The notes under the pieces: model-generated | The model's database searches: none | What the model saw: the letters and a program-made list of their open reading frames with translations, nothing else | What the model was told of the DNA's origin: nothing | Translations under genes and position numbers: made by a program | From: Acidobacteriota bacterium | GTDB lineage: Bacteria; Acidobacteriota; Blastocatellia; Pyrinomonadales; Pyrinomonadaceae | DNA length: 30,157 nt | Assembly (NCBI GenBank): GCA_003222855.1 | Contig: QHXH01000044.1 | Span: 1,764 to 31,920, forward strand | Direction: 5' to 3' | Shown: in pieces, positions 1-8,814 of the stretch | How the letters are laid out: the number at the start of each line of letters is the position of its first letter | Position numbering within the stretch: the first letter of the stretch is position 1

Positions 1-70
1 AGACAGTAGGTAGAATCAAGCGGCTGTGATACGCAATTTAGTTCGCCGGTGATCGGCATCACATGGTATT

Positions 71-156
71 AGAAGCCCGACCGTAAGGGAGGGCGAGTTT
101 GATCATCTCAACCGCCGGTCGAAGCAAAGATTGCCCTCGCTCACGCTCGGGCTTCT
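71..156. repeat. REP-like inverted doublet, family A (arms 71-94 and 133-156)
   Basis: AGAAGCCCGACCGTAAGGGAGGGC versus the reverse complement of the right arm, AGAAGCCCGAGCGTGAGCGAGGGC: 24-nt arms with 3 differences. Confidence 0.9.
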
Positions 157-203
157 GACACGCCGGGCCTGACAAATAGACCGGCTTCTGCTATTGCTTT
201 TCA

Positions 204-851
204 ATGACCGGGCCGCCACCTCCTGAAGCTTTTACCTCAAAAGAGTTTCGGCTAATCGAACGTCTCAACACCCCGGCCAAGGTCCAGGCGTGGCTAACGG
301 CGATGCCCTACAACTGGGAGCGCAAGGGCGGCACAATGCGTTCGTTTCGCGAAGTTGTGAGAAGAAATGAAGCGCATTGTCTGGAAGCGGCCGTAGCCGC
401 CGCGGTGATTCTTGAGCAACACGGCTATCCGCCGCGGCTGCTTGATCTGGAATCGATCGATCTATTGGATCACGTCATCTTCGTGTTTCAGAAGGACGGC
501 AGGTGGGGATCGATTGCCCGCTCTCGTGACATAGGATTGCACGGTCGCAAGCCGGTGTTTCGCAACTTGCGTCAACTTGTGTGGAGCTACTTCGATCCTT
601 ACATCGACATGACCGGACGGATTAAGGGCTATGGCCGCACCAGTCTGTACGAATTAGGCAATTACGACTGGCGATTCAACCCGCGGAACATGCATAAGAT
701 CGAAGATCACTTGCGCGCGATTCCCCACAAGAAACTTCAATCCTCAGATCAGCGTTACGATTACTGGCACGAGCGCTATAAGAAATATAAGAAACGGTTT
801 CCAGATCGCTCGCCCGCTTACTACGACACTCGCCATCAGTGGATGCTCTGA
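204..851 (+). CDS. Hypothetical protein, possible transglutaminase/papain-like Cys-His enzyme
   Basis: 215-aa ORF with AHCLEAA (C59) and DHV (H90) spaced as in papain-like folds. The fold assignment is inference. Confidence 0.7.
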   Translation: MTGPPPPEAFTSKEFRLIERLNTPAKVQAWLTAMPYNWERKGGTMRSFREVVRRNEAHCLEAAVAAAVILEQHGYPPRLLDLESIDLLDHVIFVFQKDGRWGSIARSRDIGLHGRKPVFRNLRQLVWSYFDPYIDMTGRIKGYGRTSLYELGNYDWRFNPRNMHKIEDHLRAIPHKKLQSSDQRYDYWHERYKKYKKRFPDRSPAYYDTRHQWML

Positions 852-856
852 TCGAG

Positions 857-865
857 TGTTATAAT
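857..865 (+). promoter_or_regulatory. Extended -10 promoter element (TGnTATAAT)
   Basis: Perfect TGTTATAAT, 19 nt upstream of the ATG at 884. Confidence 0.55.
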
Positions 866-883
866 TCGCGCACGGGTGCGGTG

Positions 884-1462
884 ATGAACGATCAATCAAT
901 CGGCGAACACTATCTCGAGGATGCGCTGCGAACTTTCCGCGATTACAAGAAACTGGCGGAGCGGGCGTTTGAGCAGATCGACGACGAAGACTTCTTCCGC
1001 ACGATCGATAGGGAATCGAATAGTATTGCCGTCAACATGAAGCACCTGGCCGGCAACATGCTTTCGCGTTGGACAGATTTTCTAACCACGGATGGTGAGA
1101 AGCCCGAACGTGATCGCGACATGGAATTTGTAATGCTGCCGCAAACGACAAAAGCGGAGATGGTCGCGTATTGGGACAAAGGCTGGCAATGCACGTTTGA
1201 TGCAGTACAACCGCTAAAGCCTGAGAATCTGATGCGGAGGGTCACGATTCGCGGGCAGGATCACACCGTGGTGCAGGCGATTAATCGGCAGCTTGCTCAT
1301 TACGCTTATCACGTCGGGCAGATCGTCTATCTCGCAAAGCATTTCAAAGCGAGCGATTGGCAAAGTTTGAGCGTGCCGAAGAACAAATCGGCTGAGTTCA
1401 ATAAATACCTCGAAGAGCAGATGAGAAAGTCACCAGCTGCTTCGCGGGAAGAGGCGAAGTGA
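884..1462 (+). CDS. DUF1572 / DinB-YfiT superfamily protein
   Basis: Motifs NSIAVNMKHLAGNMLSRWTDFLTTDGEKP.RDRD.EF and QAINRQLAHYAYHVGQIVY. Start set at ATG 884 rather than 839. Confidence 0.85.
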   Translation: MNDQSIGEHYLEDALRTFRDYKKLAERAFEQIDDEDFFRTIDRESNSIAVNMKHLAGNMLSRWTDFLTTDGEKPERDRDMEFVMLPQTTKAEMVAYWDKGWQCTFDAVQPLKPENLMRRVTIRGQDHTVVQAINRQLAHYAYHVGQIVYLAKHFKASDWQSLSVPKNKSAEFNKYLEEQMRKSPAASREEAK

Positions 1463-1491
1463 TGGTGTTCGTCGCGGAGAATCGCGAGTAA

Positions 1492-1593
1492 GTGTCAGAA
1501 GCCCGACCGTCAGGGAGGGCAACTTAAGACATCGATCCATTAGAGGATGAAGATCACCTCAGTTGTCCTCCCTGACGGTCGGGCTTCTGACAC
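1492..1593. repeat. REP-like inverted doublet, family A (arms 1492-1524 and 1561-1593)
   Basis: 33-nt arms GTGTCAGAAGCCCGACCGTCAGGGAGGGCAACT and AGTTGTCCTCCCTGACGGTCGGGCTTCTGACAC, one mismatch. Confidence 0.95.
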
Positions 1594-1603
1594 AACCAAA
1601 CCA

Positions 1604-1966
1604 ATGGTCGCTGCGCTTCATCATGTAAACGTAACCGTTTCCACTGAAGAGGAAGCGGCAGCGAAGAATTTCTATGGATCGATTCTTGGTCTGCATCAGG
1701 TTCCGAAACCGGCCGGCTCCCGGCAAAGCGGCGCGTGGTATCAAATTGGTGGAAACCAATTGCACCTTTCCGTTGAAGATGGCGTACGAGCGTCGTTGAG
1801 TTCGCGTCACATATGCTTTTCAGTCTCCGATTTGACCGAGGCGGAGAATAGATTTCGCGACGCCGGTGTGGAAATCGTCCCCGATCCGCGCCCAATTCCC
1901 GGCACGCGACGATTCTATGTGCGCGATCCGGGTGGCAATCAACTCGAGATCGTTCAGCAGACATGA
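1604..1966 (+). CDS. VOC / glyoxalase family protein
   Basis: LHHVNV...FYGSILGL...GAWY...QLHL...RHICF.V...RFYVRDPGGNQLEI. The upstream ATG at 1547 lies in the repeat spacer, so 1604 was chosen. Confidence 0.85.
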   Translation: MVAALHHVNVTVSTEEEAAAKNFYGSILGLHQVPKPAGSRQSGAWYQIGGNQLHLSVEDGVRASLSSRHICFSVSDLTEAENRFRDAGVEIVPDPRPIPGTRRFYVRDPGGNQLEIVQQT

Positions 1967-2367
1967 GCCTTACTTTCATCAATCCCGAATCGCTTGGCGC
2001 GCCCCGTGGATATGCAAACGGCGTTTTGGCTGAACCCGGGGGCCGCTTGCTTTTCATCGCCGGCCAAATTGGTTGGGACGCGCGACAGCAAATTGTCAGC
2101 GACGATATTGTTGCGCAATTCGATCGGGCGCTCGCGAACGTCATCACAGTAGTGACCGAAGCCGGTGGCCGCGTCGAACAAATCGCGCGGCTAATCATTT
2201 ACGTTACAGACAAAGACGAATATCGCGCGCACATGAAAGAAATCGGCGACCGTTATCGCGCGCGCATGGGCAAACATTTTCCCGCGATGGTGCTGGTTCA
2301 AGTTGCGGGTTTGTTAGAGGATCGCGCGAAGGTCGAGATTGAAGGAATCGCCGTGCTCGAGGCATAA
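1963..2367 (+). CDS. RidA/YjgF/UK114 family protein
   Basis: PRGYANGV..LLFIAGQIGWD..FPAMVLVQV..L....KVEIEGIA; ATGA overlap with the VOC gene. Confidence 0.9.
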   Translation: MSLTFINPESLGAPRGYANGVLAEPGGRLLFIAGQIGWDARQQIVSDDIVAQFDRALANVITVVTEAGGRVEQIARLIIYVTDKDEYRAHMKEIGDRYRARMGKHFPAMVLVQVAGLLEDRAKVEIEGIAVLEA

Positions 2368-3374
2368 GTGGTGAAACGATGTCCTACATGTACGCGGGTT
2401 TATGATTCGGACAGTATGCGTTTCTGTCTCGATGACGGAACGCTTCTCATCGATAAGCCGCCCGAAACATCCGCACCGGCGACCCTGGTTTTACCGCTCG
2501 GTCAGCAAAACGAACCGACCATCAAGGCTTTTCAACCCCCACCTTCACCGCGGCCTGCGCTCGAAAAGACCGTTGCCGCACCGGCCAGGCGCCAGCGAAA
2601 CTTGCTGGTCTGGATTATCGTTGTCGTGCTGCTCGTACCGCTTGTCGCCGGCGCAGGTTTGAGCGGATGGGTAATTTTTCATAAAACACCGATGGTCTGG
2701 CGTTTGGTTGTGGAGGTCGATCCAAACACGCCCGATCGAAGCGCCGTCGTCACTCAAACCGTCAAAGTGATCGAAAACCGGCTCGACGCGCTCGGAGTCG
2801 GCAACTACGAGGTCAAACCGGATGGTAATTCCGCGACTGGGCGAATAATAATCAATCTTCCGAACGTAAAGGACCCTGAGCGACTAAAACGAATAATCAC
2901 GACACTTGGAAAACTTGAGTTGGTCCATGTGATCAGTCCTCCGAGTCCGGCGCCCGCGCAAACGTACGCGACAAAGGAAGAAGCCAATGCTTCGTTCAAG
3001 TCATCCGGATTCTCTTCCGCTAGCCGCCGCGTCCTACCTTATGCGGAGCGCGCCGAATCGACGAACACGAGTCAGAACGGAAAGTGGGTCGTAGCTGAGT
3101 CGCCTGCAATCATCGATGGCAGCGAGCTAAGAAACGCGTCAGCCGTGCGCAGTGCCTATGGCGAAGACTATGAGATTACTTTCTCATTGAATAAGGCGGG
3201 AGCGGACAAGTTTGGCAACTGGACTGGTTCGCACATCAACGAATATCTCGCCGTCGTTCTGAACAACGAAGTAAGATCAATCGCCTTCAGTCTGCCGAGG
3301 ATCTGGCGCTGGTCTTGAAGGCAGGCGCGCTACCGGCGTCAGTGAAACTGGTCGAGGAGAGTGTTATCAAGTAG
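2368..3374 (+). pseudogene. Zinc-ribbon + transmembrane + SecD periplasmic (P1/head)-like protein with a frameshifting deletion at ~3288
   Basis: N-terminus KRCPTC..FCLDDG, then one hydrophobic helix, then SecD-like TVKVIENRLDALGV, IIDGSELRNA and FGNWTGSHINEYLAVVLN. The SecD-like tail QSAEDLALVLKAGALPASVKLVEE* continues in another frame (3288-3374). May be an intact gene with an assembly error. Confidence 0.75.
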
Positions 3375-3380
3375 CAACGC

Positions 3381-4241
3381 ATGAACAGTCCCAAATCTTT
3401 TCTCTACGAACAGCGCGACGGCATCGGGACGATTACGCTCAACCGTCCTGAGCGTTTGAACGCGATCACCTTCGAGGTTTATCACGAACTCACCGACTTC
3501 TTGGCAAAGTTGCGCGATGAAAAAGATTTGCGGGTTGTCATAATTACCGGCGCGGGCCGCGCCTTCTGTTCCGGTGGCGATGTCCGAGACATCATCGGTG
3601 AGCTGCAGGGCCGGGACTCGGAAGGACTGCTTGAGTTCACGCGATTGACTTGCGATTTGATTCGCAACATGCGCGCGCTGCCTCAGCCAATCATTGCCAG
3701 TCTGAACGGCACGACGGCCGGCGCCGGAGCATGCATCGCGCTGGCTTCAGACATTCGCATCGCTGCCGAGGAAGCAAAAATCGCATTTATCTTTGTGAAG
3801 GTCGGACTCGCGGGAACCGACATGGGGGCGACATATCTGCTGCCGCGCGTCGTGGGACTCGCGAAGGCGACCGAGCTTTTAATGACCGGTGACTTTGTCG
3901 AAGCAAACGAAGCCGAAAAGATTGGTCTCTACAACCTCGTGGTGCCGCGCGCGGAACTCGAGCGCACGACGCGCGAGTTCGCAGAGAAGTTGGCGAGCGG
4001 CCCCGCGCTGGGAATCGCAAAGACTAAAGAGATGCTCAATCGTGAACTCCACATGAGCTTCGAATCCGCGCTTGAAGCGGAAGCAGTGGCGCAAGCTTTG
4101 TGCATGCAGACGCCTGACTTCAAAGAAGCGCACGCGGCCTTCATTGAGAAACGGCCGGCGCGCCTAAAGGCGGAACTCCAAACAAGAAAGCGCCGCCGTC
4201 GCTTCGCTACCGGCGCTCTAAATAATGGACACGTTTTTTAG
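3381..4241 (+). CDS. Enoyl-CoA hydratase/isomerase (crotonase) family protein
   Basis: ITLNRPERLNA, AFCSGGD, ASLNGTTAGAG, DMGATYLLPR.VG..KATELLMTG. Confidence 0.93.
   Translation: MNSPKSFLYEQRDGIGTITLNRPERLNAITFEVYHELTDFLAKLRDEKDLRVVIITGAGRAFCSGGDVRDIIGELQGRDSEGLLEFTRLTCDLIRNMRALPQPIIASLNGTTAGAGACIALASDIRIAAEEAKIAFIFVKVGLAGTDMGATYLLPRVVGLAKATELLMTGDFVEANEAEKIGLYNLVVPRAELERTTREFAEKLASGPALGIAKTKEMLNRELHMSFESALEAEAVAQALCMQTPDFKEAHAAFIEKRPARLKAELQTRKRRRRFATGALNNGHVF
4187..4222. repeat. REP-like hairpin inside the 3' end of the crotonase gene
   Basis: AAAGCGCCG-(15 nt)-CGGCGCTCTAAA with a 7-bp stem (4189-4195/4211-4217), preceded by a similar ...ACTCCAAA end. It lies after the usual crotonase end (FIEKRP). 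Confidence 0.45.
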
Positions 4242-5379
4242 TCAAACTCCATTTTTCTCTTCCGAGCATCGCTCCCTCGCGGATCGCATGGCCGAGTTCG
4301 TAGACCGCGAGATCGAGGTCCGTGCCGCCGATGACGAAAGCGATACGGACGAAGCACTACGCGGTTATGTCCTGCTACTCGCCGAAAATGATCTCTTGCG
4401 GTATGCAGTCGCAACTCCGGGTCAACCGTTTGACCTGCGGGCTTTCTGCATCATTCGCGAGTCGCTTTCGTACTGCTCGTCGCTGGCGGATCTCGCGTTC
4501 GTCATGCAAGGCCTGGGAACGTACGCGATCAGTTTGGCGGCCACCGAACATGTGCGCGATTTTTGGCTCGCCCGCGCGCGCACGGGAAGAGCAATCGCGG
4601 CGTTTGCTTTGACTGAACCTGACGCCGGCTCGGACGTTGCGGCATTGAAGACCAGCGCGCAACTCAATGACGACAGCTACATAATTAACGGTCGCAAACG
4701 ATTCATTTCCAACGCCGGCGTTGCTGATTTTTACACAGTCTTTGCGCGCACGGGCACCCGAGCCGACAGTCGCGCGGAAATCTCTGCCTTCATCGTTTCG
4801 GCGCGAATGCCCGGCTTCAGTGTCGCTGAACGAACGGAAATGATCGCGCCACATCCAATCGGCGAACTCGAATTCAAGAACTGCAAAGTCCCCGCGGAAG
4901 ACATGATTGGTAATCAGGGAGATGGGTTGCGTCTCAGTTTGCAAACGCTCGATATGTTTCGCGCGAGCGTCGGCGCGGCAGCGTGCGGCATGGCGCGGCG
5001 AGCGCTGGATGAAAGTCTGCTGCATGCAAAGTCGCGGCTGCAATTTGGCAAACCCTTGAGCCAACATCAACTGGTCCAGGAGAAACTTGCTGATATGGCG
5101 ACGGGGCTCGACGCGGCGAGGCTGCTGGTTTATCGCGCCGCCTATTTGAAAGACGCGGGTGCCGCAGTGTCGACCCGCGAACCGAGTGAGGCGAAGCTCT
5201 TCGCGACGGAAGCAGCGGGGCGCATCATCGATCAAGCGGTCCAGATTCATGGCGGCTCAGGCCTCGTGCGCGGCAGCGTCGTCGAGAGACTGTATCGCGA
5301 CGCGCGCGCGCTGCGCATCTACGAAGGCACCTCCGAAATTCAAAAGCTAATCATCGCCAACCAACTCTTGAAAGAGTAA
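4225..5379 (+). CDS. Acyl-CoA dehydrogenase family protein
   Basis: AFALTEPDAGSDV, INGRKRFISNAG, R.QFGKPL, AVQIHGGSG, YRDARALRIYEGTSEIQK. Confidence 0.95.
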   Translation: MDTFFSQTPFFSSEHRSLADRMAEFVDREIEVRAADDESDTDEALRGYVLLLAENDLLRYAVATPGQPFDLRAFCIIRESLSYCSSLADLAFVMQGLGTYAISLAATEHVRDFWLARARTGRAIAAFALTEPDAGSDVAALKTSAQLNDDSYIINGRKRFISNAGVADFYTVFARTGTRADSRAEISAFIVSARMPGFSVAERTEMIAPHPIGELEFKNCKVPAEDMIGNQGDGLRLSLQTLDMFRASVGAAACGMARRALDESLLHAKSRLQFGKPLSQHQLVQEKLADMATGLDAARLLVYRAAYLKDAGAAVSTREPSEAKLFATEAAGRIIDQAVQIHGGSGLVRGSVVERLYRDARALRIYEGTSEIQKLIIANQLLKE

Positions 5380-5402
5380 ACTCGAGTGAATTCAACCAAC
5401 TC

Positions 5403-5696
5403 ATGACGACGCTCTCTTCAGATACTACTCCAGAGGCCGAAGCCGTGTTATTGCAGTTGCTGCGGCAAGCGCCTGTTTGGAAGCGTCTGCAAATGATCGA
5501 TGAGATGTACGATACGCTGCGACTCCTGGCATCTGCCGACTTGCGACGCTGCCATCCCAACGCTAGCGATGAAGAACTCACTCGTCGGCTCATAGCACGG
5601 TTCCTCAACCGTGAAGAGGTTGTAGCAGCGTACGGATGGGATCCAGCCGCTGAGGGTTATTCATTTTTCGAGAAAAGCCATGGCCACGCCCACTGA
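5403..5696 (+). CDS. Small helical protein paired with a nucleotidyltransferase (putative antitoxin/partner)
   Basis: 97 aa (DTTPEAEAV..LLR......RL....E..D..R.L....LR..HP.AS.EE..RRL); overlaps the downstream nucleotidyltransferase gene by 17 nt. Confidence 0.7.
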   Translation: MTTLSSDTTPEAEAVLLQLLRQAPVWKRLQMIDEMYDTLRLLASADLRRCHPNASDEELTRRLIARFLNREEVVAAYGWDPAAEGYSFFEKSHGHAH

Positions 5697-6249
5697 GGTC
5701 TTAATCGAAGTCACTCGCATTCTTGAGGATCTTAGTATTCCCTATTTCGTCGTTGGTTCGTTTGCCAGTTCAGCTCGCGGTGTGCGGCGCGCAACTATCG
5801 ATGGGGACCTCGTCGCCGATGTTCGCCCCGAAAATATTAGTGATATCGTCGACAGACTCACCGCGCGCGATTTTTATGTCGACGAACTCGCGGTGCGGCG
5901 CGCGGTGACAGAGGAGAGAGCATTTAATGCGATCCACAGAGGATCGATGTTCAAGATCGACATTCACATTTCCAACGATGAGTTTTCGAAGATGGAGATG
6001 AAGCGCAGGTTGCCAGAAACAATATTGCCAAAATCAGATGCGATCGTTTACATCGCGACAGCTGAAGACACAGTACTGGCGAAGCTTGTGTGGTTTCGAA
6101 AGGGCGGTGAAGTGTCTGATCGGCAATGGTCGGACGTGTTGGGAATTCTTAAGCTTCAAGCGAACCAGCTTGATTATCAGTACATGCAGGAATGGTCGGA
6201 AAGGCTTGGTGTACGCGACCTGCTTCACAAGGCGCTCGGCGAAGCGTAA
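5680..6249 (+). CDS. Pol-beta-superfamily nucleotidyltransferase (DUF6036/AbiEii-like, putative toxin)
   Basis: VGSFASS.RG..RAT.DGDLV (GS...DxD motif), KIDI, TAEDTVLAKL.WF..G..S.RQW.D. Confidence 0.75.
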   Translation: MATPTEVLIEVTRILEDLSIPYFVVGSFASSARGVRRATIDGDLVADVRPENISDIVDRLTARDFYVDELAVRRAVTEERAFNAIHRGSMFKIDIHISNDEFSKMEMKRRLPETILPKSDAIVYIATAEDTVLAKLVWFRKGGEVSDRQWSDVLGILKLQANQLDYQYMQEWSERLGVRDLLHKALGEA

Positions 6250-6317
6250 AAAAAGGACACGCCCAATTGCGTAGGACCCGAATTACAAATCGTCTCGAGA
6301 ATAGGACTCTTAATGAG

Positions 6318-7685
6318 ATGGATCTCGCTCGACGCCTTGGTCTCTTCGACGCGACGATGATCGTGATGGGCGGGATCATCGGCGCCGGCATCTTCACGAA
6401 TCCTTACGTCGTCGCGCAACAGGTGCACACGCCTCTCTTGATTCTGGGCGCGTGGGCCGTCGGCGGATTGATTGCGCTGGCCGGCGCCTTCATCTACGCC
6501 GAGTTGTCTTCGCAAGTCACAGCCTCAGGCGGTCAATATGTTTATTTGCGCGACGCGATGCATCCGCTGGTTGCCTTTCTTTACGGATGGAGTCTGCTGT
6601 TCGTGATTCAAACCGGCGGCATGGCGGCCGTCGCCCTCATCTTCGCCAACCACCTCTTCGAATTAATTGGCGCTCGCTCCAGTGAGTTCAGCGCGGCGTT
6701 GCTGGGCTCAGCCGCCCTCGTTCTGCTTACAGTTATCAATTGTATCGGCGTGCGCGCAGGCAGCGTCACGCAAAACATTTTCATGATTCTGAAGCTGATC
6801 GCGATCGCGACGCTGGTAATTCTTGGATTACTGATTGCAAGCCCTGCGCACAATTCAACCACGACTTCGATTAGTTCGACTGCGACCACGTGGCAATCAC
6901 TGATCGCCTTTGGCGCGGCGCTGATTCCCACGCAATTCGCTTATGGCGGCTGGCAGACCGCATGCTTTGTCGCGGGCGAGGTGCGCGAGCCGCGCAAGAA
7001 CCTGCCGCGGGGATTGTTGCTCGGCGTGATTGGCGTGATCGTAGTTTATCTCTCCGTGAACTATGTATGCGTGCACGTGTTGGGGGCTGATGCTTTGGCG
7101 CAAACAAAGACGCCGGCGACTGCGGTGATGCGGCTGGCGCTTGGCAGTAAGGGTGCTCGATTCATCGCTGCCGGGATTGCGATTTCGACGATTGGATTTT
7201 TGAGTCAGAGCATGCTCACGGCACCGCGCGTATATTTTGCCATGGCTGAGGACGGATTATTTTTCAAGCAACTCGCCTCAGTTAATCGCGCGCGCGTGCC
7301 CGCATTTGCGATCGCTCTGCAAGGAGGACTCGCGATTGTCATCGCGCTGGTGGCGAGTAAGTACGAACAAATTCTGAATTATGTGGTCTCAGTCGATGTG
7401 ATCTTCTTTGGGTTAACGGCTGTGTGCGTGTTCGTATTTAGAAGGCGCGGGGGTGCCGGGCGCGAAGTTCGGGGAGCAAGCACCCTCCCTAACGGCCGGG
7501 TTTCTGACAAGACATTTCGAATTCCCGGGCATCCTTTCACGACGCTGTTCTTTATCGCGGCGTGTTGTGTAATAACATTCAGTCTGCTTTACAAATTTCC
7601 GCTCAACAGCGGAATCAGTTTCGGCATAATGTTTTTGGGTGTGCCGGCGTATTTTATTTGGGCAATGCGGAGACCCGACCGTTAG
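6318..7685 (+). CDS. APC-family amino acid permease
   Basis: LARRLGLFDATMIVMGGIIGAGIF, YAELSS, GGQYVYL, FAYGGW, GEV..P.KNLPR, PRVYFAMAEDGLF; ~12 hydrophobic segments. Start set at ATG 6318. Confidence 0.93.
   Translation: MDLARRLGLFDATMIVMGGIIGAGIFTNPYVVAQQVHTPLLILGAWAVGGLIALAGAFIYAELSSQVTASGGQYVYLRDAMHPLVAFLYGWSLLFVIQTGGMAAVALIFANHLFELIGARSSEFSAALLGSAALVLLTVINCIGVRAGSVTQNIFMILKLIAIATLVILGLLIASPAHNSTTTSISSTATTWQSLIAFGAALIPTQFAYGGWQTACFVAGEVREPRKNLPRGLLLGVIGVIVVYLSVNYVCVHVLGADALAQTKTPATAVMRLALGSKGARFIAAGIAISTIGFLSQSMLTAPRVYFAMAEDGLFFKQLASVNRARVPAFAIALQGGLAIVIALVASKYEQILNYVVSVDVIFFGLTAVCVFVFRRRGGAGREVRGASTLPNGRVSDKTFRIPGHPFTTLFFIAACCVITFSLLYKFPLNSGISFGIMFLGVPAYFIWAMRRPDR
7480..7509. repeat. 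Single family A repeat arm inside the permease coding sequence
   Basis: GCACCCTCCCTAACGGCCGGGTTTCTGACA nearly matches the arm at 7706-7731 and is read as STLPNGRVSD. Confidence 0.85.
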
Positions 7686-7731
7686 GGAGGGTGTCGCGCT
7701 TGAATGCACCCTCCCTAACGGTCGGGTTTCT
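7671..7731. repeat. REP-like inverted doublet, family A; left arm contains the permease stop codon
   Basis: AGACCCGACCGTTAGGGAGGGTG / CACCCTCCCTAACGGTCGGGTTTCT; TAG at 7683-7685. Confidence 0.92.
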
Positions 7732-7740
7732 GCCTACATT

Positions 7741-8814
7741 ATGAACACTCAATCCACATACATGCGCTGGGCCAAGACGCGCGCGCAGGTCAATTACGAT
7801 CTTGCCCTGAGCGGAATTCTCAATCTGCCTTTTGCAGAACTCGACGCAACGATTAGCGACATTGATTTGAATGGCGACAACTCATATGGCTATGGCCCAT
7901 TGATTGACGCGCTGGCGGCACACGCGGAGGTGCAGCGCGACTGTGTCGTGACGATTTCCGGCGGCACCTCAATGGCGAATCATTTGGCGATGGCGGCGGC
8001 ACTGGAACACGGCGACGAAGTTTTGATCGAGCAACCGACATACGAACCGTTGCTGGCGCTGGCACAATACTTTGGCGCGAAGGTCAAACGATTCGCGCGA
8101 CCGGCCGAAAAGAATTATCGCGTCGATCTGGATGATCTAAGATCGAAAGTCAGTCCGCAAACTCGCTTGATCGTCCTGACAAATCTGCACAATCCCAGCA
8201 GCGCTCTGGTTGATGAAGACACGTTGCGTCGCGTTGGCGAAATTGCGCAGAGCGTGTCCGCCCGCGTGTTGGTTGATGAAGTTTATCTTGAGGCCCTGTT
8301 CGAAGCTGCGCCGCGCTCGTCCGCTTCTCTTGGCCCACATTTCATTGCCACCAGCAGTCTGACAAAAGGCTATGGCTTGAGTGGCCTGCGTTGTGGTTGG
8401 ATTTTGGCGGAACCTGAACTCGCGCAGCGCATGAGACTTCTGCACGACATCTTTGGCGCGCTCGCGCCGCATCCGGCTGAGAGATTGAGTGTGTTGGCGC
8501 TCCGGAAACTGCCGAAGTTTATCGCCCGCGCCAAAACTATCCTGGAAACAAATCGCGCTGTGCTGAATGACTTTTACGATTCGCGCGAGGATCTCGAAGT
8601 CCCGCGGTCGCGTGCCGGCACCACGTCATTTCCGCGCCTGCTAAAAGGAACTGTCGAGAATCTGTACACGCTGCTCACTGAAAAGTACGAAACCGCGGTT
8701 GTCCCCGGCCGCTTCTTCGAATCGCCCCAGCAATTTCGCATCGGCATGTGCGCTGAGCCCGAGTTGTTTAGTGAGGGTGTGCGACGCCTGGGGAGAGCCC
8801 TGGATGAAATATGA
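7741..8814 (+). CDS. PLP-dependent aminotransferase, class I/II
   Basis: GDEVLIEQPTYEP, LTNLHNPS, LVDEVY, SSLTKGYGLSGLRCGW. The ORF-track N-terminus (7639-7740) is repeat sequence, so the start was set at ATG 7741. Confidence 0.9.
   Translation: MNTQSTYMRWAKTRAQVNYDLALSGILNLPFAELDATISDIDLNGDNSYGYGPLIDALAAHAEVQRDCVVTISGGTSMANHLAMAAALEHGDEVLIEQPTYEPLLALAQYFGAKVKRFARPAEKNYRVDLDDLRSKVSPQTRLIVLTNLHNPSSALVDEDTLRRVGEIAQSVSARVLVDEVYLEALFEAAPRSSASLGPHFIATSSLTKGYGLSGLRCGWILAEPELAQRMRLLHDIFGALAPHPAERLSVLALRKLPKFIARAKTILETNRAVLNDFYDSREDLEVPRSRAGTTSFPRLLKGTVENLYTLLTEKYETAVVPGRFFESPQQFRIGMCAEPELFSEGVRRLGRALDEI

Noticed and set aside
1-59. Possible start of a minus-strand gene (MPITGELNCV...) running off the left edge
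   Set aside because: Only ~19 codons visible and no supporting homology.
168-204. CTGACA-N17-TATTGC promoter giving a leaderless transcript for the 204 ORF
   Set aside because: The -10 element lacks the conserved final T and -35 is imperfect; too weak to call.
1547-1603. Long N-terminal extensions in the ORF track (VOC 1547, permease 6192, aminotransferase 7639, M20 20094, dapA 21768, aminotransferase 24201)
   Set aside because: They run through repeat or upstream-gene sequence; family homology starts at downstream start codons.
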